A DNA stretch of 53,782 bases from a bacterium (lineage in GTDB: Bacteria; Babelota; Babeliae; Babelales; JAUWHS01), in the NCBI GenBank assembly GCA_043818275.1, contig JBDRFY010000078.1, forward strand, positions 1-53,782. The letters run 5' to 3'. The notes under the pieces are model-generated. The model had not been told where the DNA came from, made no database searches, and saw only the letters and a program-made list of their open reading frames with translations. Position 1 is the first letter of the stretch, and each line of letters starts with the position of its first letter. A program made the translations under genes and the position numbers. Below are positions 50,688 through 53,782 of this stretch, piece after piece.

Positions 50688-52162
50688 TATAAAGAGGATT
50701 CCCGTTCGTTTTTAGTTTTAATCGCACCAACAAAATTAAAAGATTCTTTTTTTATTTCTGTTTTTATATCATCAACCTCAGTCTCTTTTTTTTTTATGCC
50801 CCTTAATCTTTTAGCATAACCTTCTTTATTTACTTGTCTGCTGCGACCAATAGCTAAAGAATCTTTTGGAACATCCTGAGTCAAAGTTGATCCTGCCGCA
50901 GTGTAAGCCCCCTTTTCTATTTTTAATGGCGCAACAATTGTGTTATTACTGCCAACATAAACATCATCTTCTATTATTGTTGGGTTTTTACTTATACCAT
51001 CATGATTGCAGGTAATTGTTCCTGCTCCAATATTAACATTATTTCCAATGGTGCTGTCACCCAAATAAGCCAAATGCTTGGCTTTGGAATTTTTTCCAAT
51101 TTTTGTATTTTTAAGTTCCACAAAATTTCCAATAATTACATTATCCTGCAAAATTACATTATCTCTTAATCTTGCAAAAGGACCAATATCAGCATTTTTA
51201 CCAATAATACTATCCTTAATCACAGTATGAGAATTTACTTTTGAATCATCTCCAAGTTGTGAATTTTCAATTATTGAAAAGGCGCCAATAAAACAGTTTT
51301 CCCCTATCTTTGTTCCTTTCAGTAAATGAGTTCCTGTCGCAATAAAAGAACCTGATCCAATTTCTACATCAATATCGAGATGAATACTTTGCGCCAATTC
51401 AAAACGGACACCATTTTGCATAAATTTTTTAATTAACTCTGATCTTTTAATTTGTTCTGCCGCCCATAATTCTTCTAAAGTATTAACGCCCCGGACCAAA
51501 TCATAAGGAACCGGAATATCCAATAAAATATTTCCCTGTTCACTGGCAAAACCAACTAAATCTGTTAAATAAATTTCTCCGGTTAAACTATCTTGTTGTA
51601 ACTTATCTATATTTTCTTTTAAAAAACCGCTTGATGCTATATAAATACCGGTATTAACTTTATTTATTTCTCTTTCCTCTTCCGTGCAATTTTTTTCCTC
51701 AACAACCCTGACATTGCCATTTTTCTTAATAACTCTGCCGTAGCCCTTTGGATTAATCATGAAAGTTGTTAAAAAAGTCAAATCAGCGTTTGCTTTCAAA
51801 TGCTTCTCAAGAACGCTTTCTACCAACTCAGTTGTCAAAAGAGGAGAATCTCCATTAAGAATTATAATATTTTGAGAATCCCATTTATTTTTTGTACAAG
51901 CAACAGCGTTACCAGTTCCCAGCTGTTCTTTTTGTATAACAAAATCAATATTTTTAATTTCACTGGATAAAATAGCTGATTTAACCTCTTCAGCCTGATT
52001 ACCTAAAACAAAAATCATAGGAATTTTTAAAGATTCAAAAATTTTTGCAGGATAAACAACCATTGGTTGTCCACAAATTGTATGTAATAATTTATTTTTC
52101 TTTGTTTTAAATCTTTTAGATCTTCCCGCTGCAAGAACTATTGATTTTACATCTGTATACAT
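50687..52162 (-). CDS. glmU: bifunctional GlmU
   Basis: LAAG..RF, QLGTG, GYGRV, hexapeptide repeats, HLAYLGD, GAGTITCN; start at 52162 after AGGAG. Confidence 0.96.
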   Translation of the reverse strand: MYTDVKSIVLAAGRSKRFKTKKNKLLHTICGQPMVVYPAKIFESLKIPMIFVLGNQAEEVKSAILSSEIKNIDFVIQKEQLGTGNAVACTKNKWDSQNIIILNGDSPLLTTELVESVLEKHLKANADLTFLTTFMINPKGYGRVIKKNGNVRVVEEKNCTEEEREINKVNTGIYIASSGFLKENIDKLQQDSLTGEIYLTDLVGFASEQGNILLDIPVPYDLVRGVNTLEELWAAEQIKRSELIKKFMQNGVRFELAQSIHLDIDVEIGSGSFIATGTHLLKGTKIGENCFIGAFSIIENSQLGDDSKVNSHTVIKDSIIGKNADIGPFARLRDNVILQDNVIIGNFVELKNTKIGKNSKAKHLAYLGDSTIGNNVNIGAGTITCNHDGISKNPTIIEDDVYVGSNNTIVAPLKIEKGAYTAAGSTLTQDVPKDSLAIGRSRQVNKEGYAKRLRGIKKKETEVDDIKTEIKKESFNFVGAIKTKNERESSL

Positions 52163-52416
52163 GCTTTCTTCTCCTAGTATATTTAAATTTTTATTCATCT
52201 TTTTCATTAAACGAACCGAATAATTAATTATTTAAGTAAATTAATCATTTGATTAAGTCAATTTACATATTTCAAAACCAAGCTAAAATTAAATTCCAAG
52301 ACTAAAAATATGTTATATTATTAAAATAAATCAAATAGTTAATAAAAAAATAAGATTATCCTTTTTAAACAAGTTATTCTTAAGTTTCGCTCTTTTGAAA
52401 ACAGGGCTTGCCCTAC

Positions 52417-52510
52417 GCCCTTCGACTTCGCTCAGGATGAACAGAGTTGAAAAAGGGGCTTGCCCGGCGAAGTAATACCAACGTTAAAACTTCGATAGTT
52501 CGTAGTCGGG
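52417..52510 (+). repeat. two palindromic repeat modules in the tRNA-Ser leader
   Basis: GCCCTTCGACTTCGCTCAGGATGAACAG (52417..52444) and CCCGG-CGAAG...CGTAG-TCGGG (52463..52510). Confidence 0.8.
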
Positions 52511-52600
52511 AGAGATGGCTGAGTGGTTGAAGGCGGCCGCCTCGAAAGCGGTTATTCCGGGAAACCGGAATCGGGGGTTCGAATCCCTCTCTCTCCGCCA
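52509..52600 (+). tRNA. tRNA-Ser(CGA)
   Basis: GGAGAGA/TCTCTCC acceptor stem, anticodon loop CT-CGA-AA, long variable arm, GTTCGAATC, G73, encoded CCA. Confidence 0.97.
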
Positions 52601-52616
52601 CAATAAAGGATTTTCC

Positions 52617-52934
52617 ATGCCAACACTAAAAAAATTTCCCAATTTACAAGACATTCAAAAATATGTTTCTGAATTAGAAAAGGAACGTGGCTTTACCAGT
52701 GAAACAATAATTCAAAAATGCTTACTTCTTGGCGAAGAAATTGGTGAACTTTTTAAAGCGATTCGTAAATTAGAAAAAATTAAAACAGATAATAATTCAA
52801 AAATCAATTCTGTTGAAAATGAATTGGCAGATATATTAATTTACCTTTGTACGATTGCAAACAAGTTAAACATAGACTTGGAAAACGCCTTGAGAAACAA
52901 AGAAGAAATAAATAAAAAAAGAATCTGGTTATAA
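52617..52934 (+). CDS. MazG-like nucleotide pyrophosphohydrolase
   Basis: EEIGELFKAIR, ELADILIY; AAAGGA RBS; true start lies downstream of the tRNA. Confidence 0.88.
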   Translation: MPTLKKFPNLQDIQKYVSELEKERGFTSETIIQKCLLLGEEIGELFKAIRKLEKIKTDNNSKINSVENELADILIYLCTIANKLNIDLENALRNKEEINKKRIWL

Positions 52935-52950
52935 TTTATGGAGAGTCGTT

Positions 52951-53553
52951 ATGAAACATATTCTACTGTCAGTTTTACGAAATAAAAATACCAACATTGC
53001 TCAATATCGAAATACATCAGAAAAATTAGGATTAATTCTGGCGCAAGAAACATCACAGTTTTTAGAAAAAAAAGAAAAAGTTGTCGAAACTCCGATGGCA
53101 CAAACAACTGGGATTGAATTGAAAAATAATACTGTTTTAATTCCGATTTTACGTTCTGGATTAGTTCTTCTTAATCCCTTTTTAAAATATTACGAAACAG
53201 CAAAGGTTGGATTTGTTGGGATGAAAAGAGATGAAAAAACCGCAATCCCACATTTATATTATAAAAATTTACCCAAAATCTTTCCCGCAGATGACATAAT
53301 TATTTTAGATCCTATGATTGCGACAGGCGGCAGCGGTTCAGCTGCGTTAGAAATTTTGAAAGAAGAAGGAATAAAGGAAGAAAAAATAATTTTCGTTTCA
53401 GTGATCGCTTCAGAAGAAGGAATAAGCAATATAAAAAATAAATTCCCAAAAATTAGATTAACAACAGTTGAAACAGACAAAGAATTAAACGCACAAAAAT
53501 TTATTGTTCCAGGACTCGGTGATTTTGGAGATCGCTATTTCGACACAATTTAA
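52951..53553 (+). CDS. upp: uracil phosphoribosyltransferase
   Basis: PILRSG, RDEKT, DPMIATGGS, PGLGDFGDR. Confidence 0.96.
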   Translation: MKHILLSVLRNKNTNIAQYRNTSEKLGLILAQETSQFLEKKEKVVETPMAQTTGIELKNNTVLIPILRSGLVLLNPFLKYYETAKVGFVGMKRDEKTAIPHLYYKNLPKIFPADDIIILDPMIATGGSGSAALEILKEEGIKEEKIIFVSVIASEEGISNIKNKFPKIRLTTVETDKELNAQKFIVPGLGDFGDRYFDTI

Positions 53554-53678
53554 TAAATTAAATCTTTATTCCATAAATTGATAATCGATTCTGAAATTAT
53601 TTGCCAACTATCCTCATGATATCCACCGGACAAAAGCATTAAAATAACGCGAATTCGATAATTAATTTTCTTTGACAT
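53550..53678 (-). pseudogene. C-terminal remnant of a histone deacetylase-family gene
   Basis: Translates MSKKINYRIRVILMLLSGGYHEDSWQIISESIINLWNKDLIY*; LLSGGY..S..I..SI.NL fits class IV (HDAC11-like) C-termini. Confidence 0.6.
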
Positions 53679-53760
53679 TATAGACACAATGCTCCAATCC
53701 GTTAACCTTAAATAATTATTTAATCAATATCAAAAAAGGAAACCGGAAAGGAGCAATTTT

Positions 53761-53782
53761 ATGATTACTGAAATATTTTATC
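53761..53782 (+). CDS. 5' end of a gene running off the window
   Basis: AAAGGAG RBS, 7-nt spacer, then ATG ATT ACT GAA. Confidence 0.5.

Noticed and set aside
50786..50795. A10 tract in glmU as a second slippage site
   Set aside because: It is in frame (IKKKE) in the non-conserved tail and the ORF ends coupled to sbcD.
50872..50885. CATCCTGAG resembling the repeat end inside glmU
   Set aside because: Encodes a normal conserved GlmU segment (TLTQDVP) and the rest of the element is absent.
52413..52616. 62-aa minus ORF and the 5' extension of the MazG ORF
   Set aside because: Both are shadows of tRNA-Ser; the real start is at 52617 with an RBS.
539..53480. Many short ORFs nested in or antisense to long genes
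   Set aside because: They overlap well-supported genes, lack RBS and motifs, and are expected shadows.
52600..53782. Genomic island integrated at tRNA-Ser
   Set aside because: No duplicated tRNA 3' end or integrase within the window, and the downstream genes are housekeeping; cannot be excluded beyond the edge.
1..53782. Alternative genetic code
   Set aside because: Conserved genes translate full length with the standard code, and TGA, TAA and TAG all act as stops.

Overview
AT-rich, gene-dense bacterial chromosomal segment using the standard genetic code. Housekeeping genes occur as scattered singletons rather than in their usual operons (rsmA, leuS, tal, birA, smpB, tsaD, rho, secF, rpmA, polA, ruvX, tsaB, rsmE, gpmI, mnmG, mraY, trxA, cysS, sbcD, glmU, upp). 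They are interspersed with signal-peptide-bearing ankyrin, LRR, Nudix, GNAT and clostripain proteins, a profile that suggests an intracellular protist parasite such as Ca. Dependentiae/Babelota (TM6); this is inference only. Three RNA genes are read directly from the sequence: tmRNA (22..408, minus), RNase P RNA (~31386..31816) and tRNA-Ser(CGA) (52509..52600). Main observations: (1) a modular family of short GC-rich palindromic repeats inserted in frame in LeuS, TsaB and GpmI, inside helix P3 of RNase P RNA, against the ends of tmRNA and tRNA-Ser, and stacked as an intergenic array at 30712..30918; (2) polA split by one frameshift at an A10 / A_AAA_AAG tract with both halves otherwise intact; (3) a clostripain with a ~125-aa Glu/Pro then Arg-Pro-rich insertion; (4) an ankyrin protein with a candidate clan CD His/Cys protease domain; (5) an orphan HDAC-like C-terminal remnant. 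No CRISPR array, integrase or transposase is evident.
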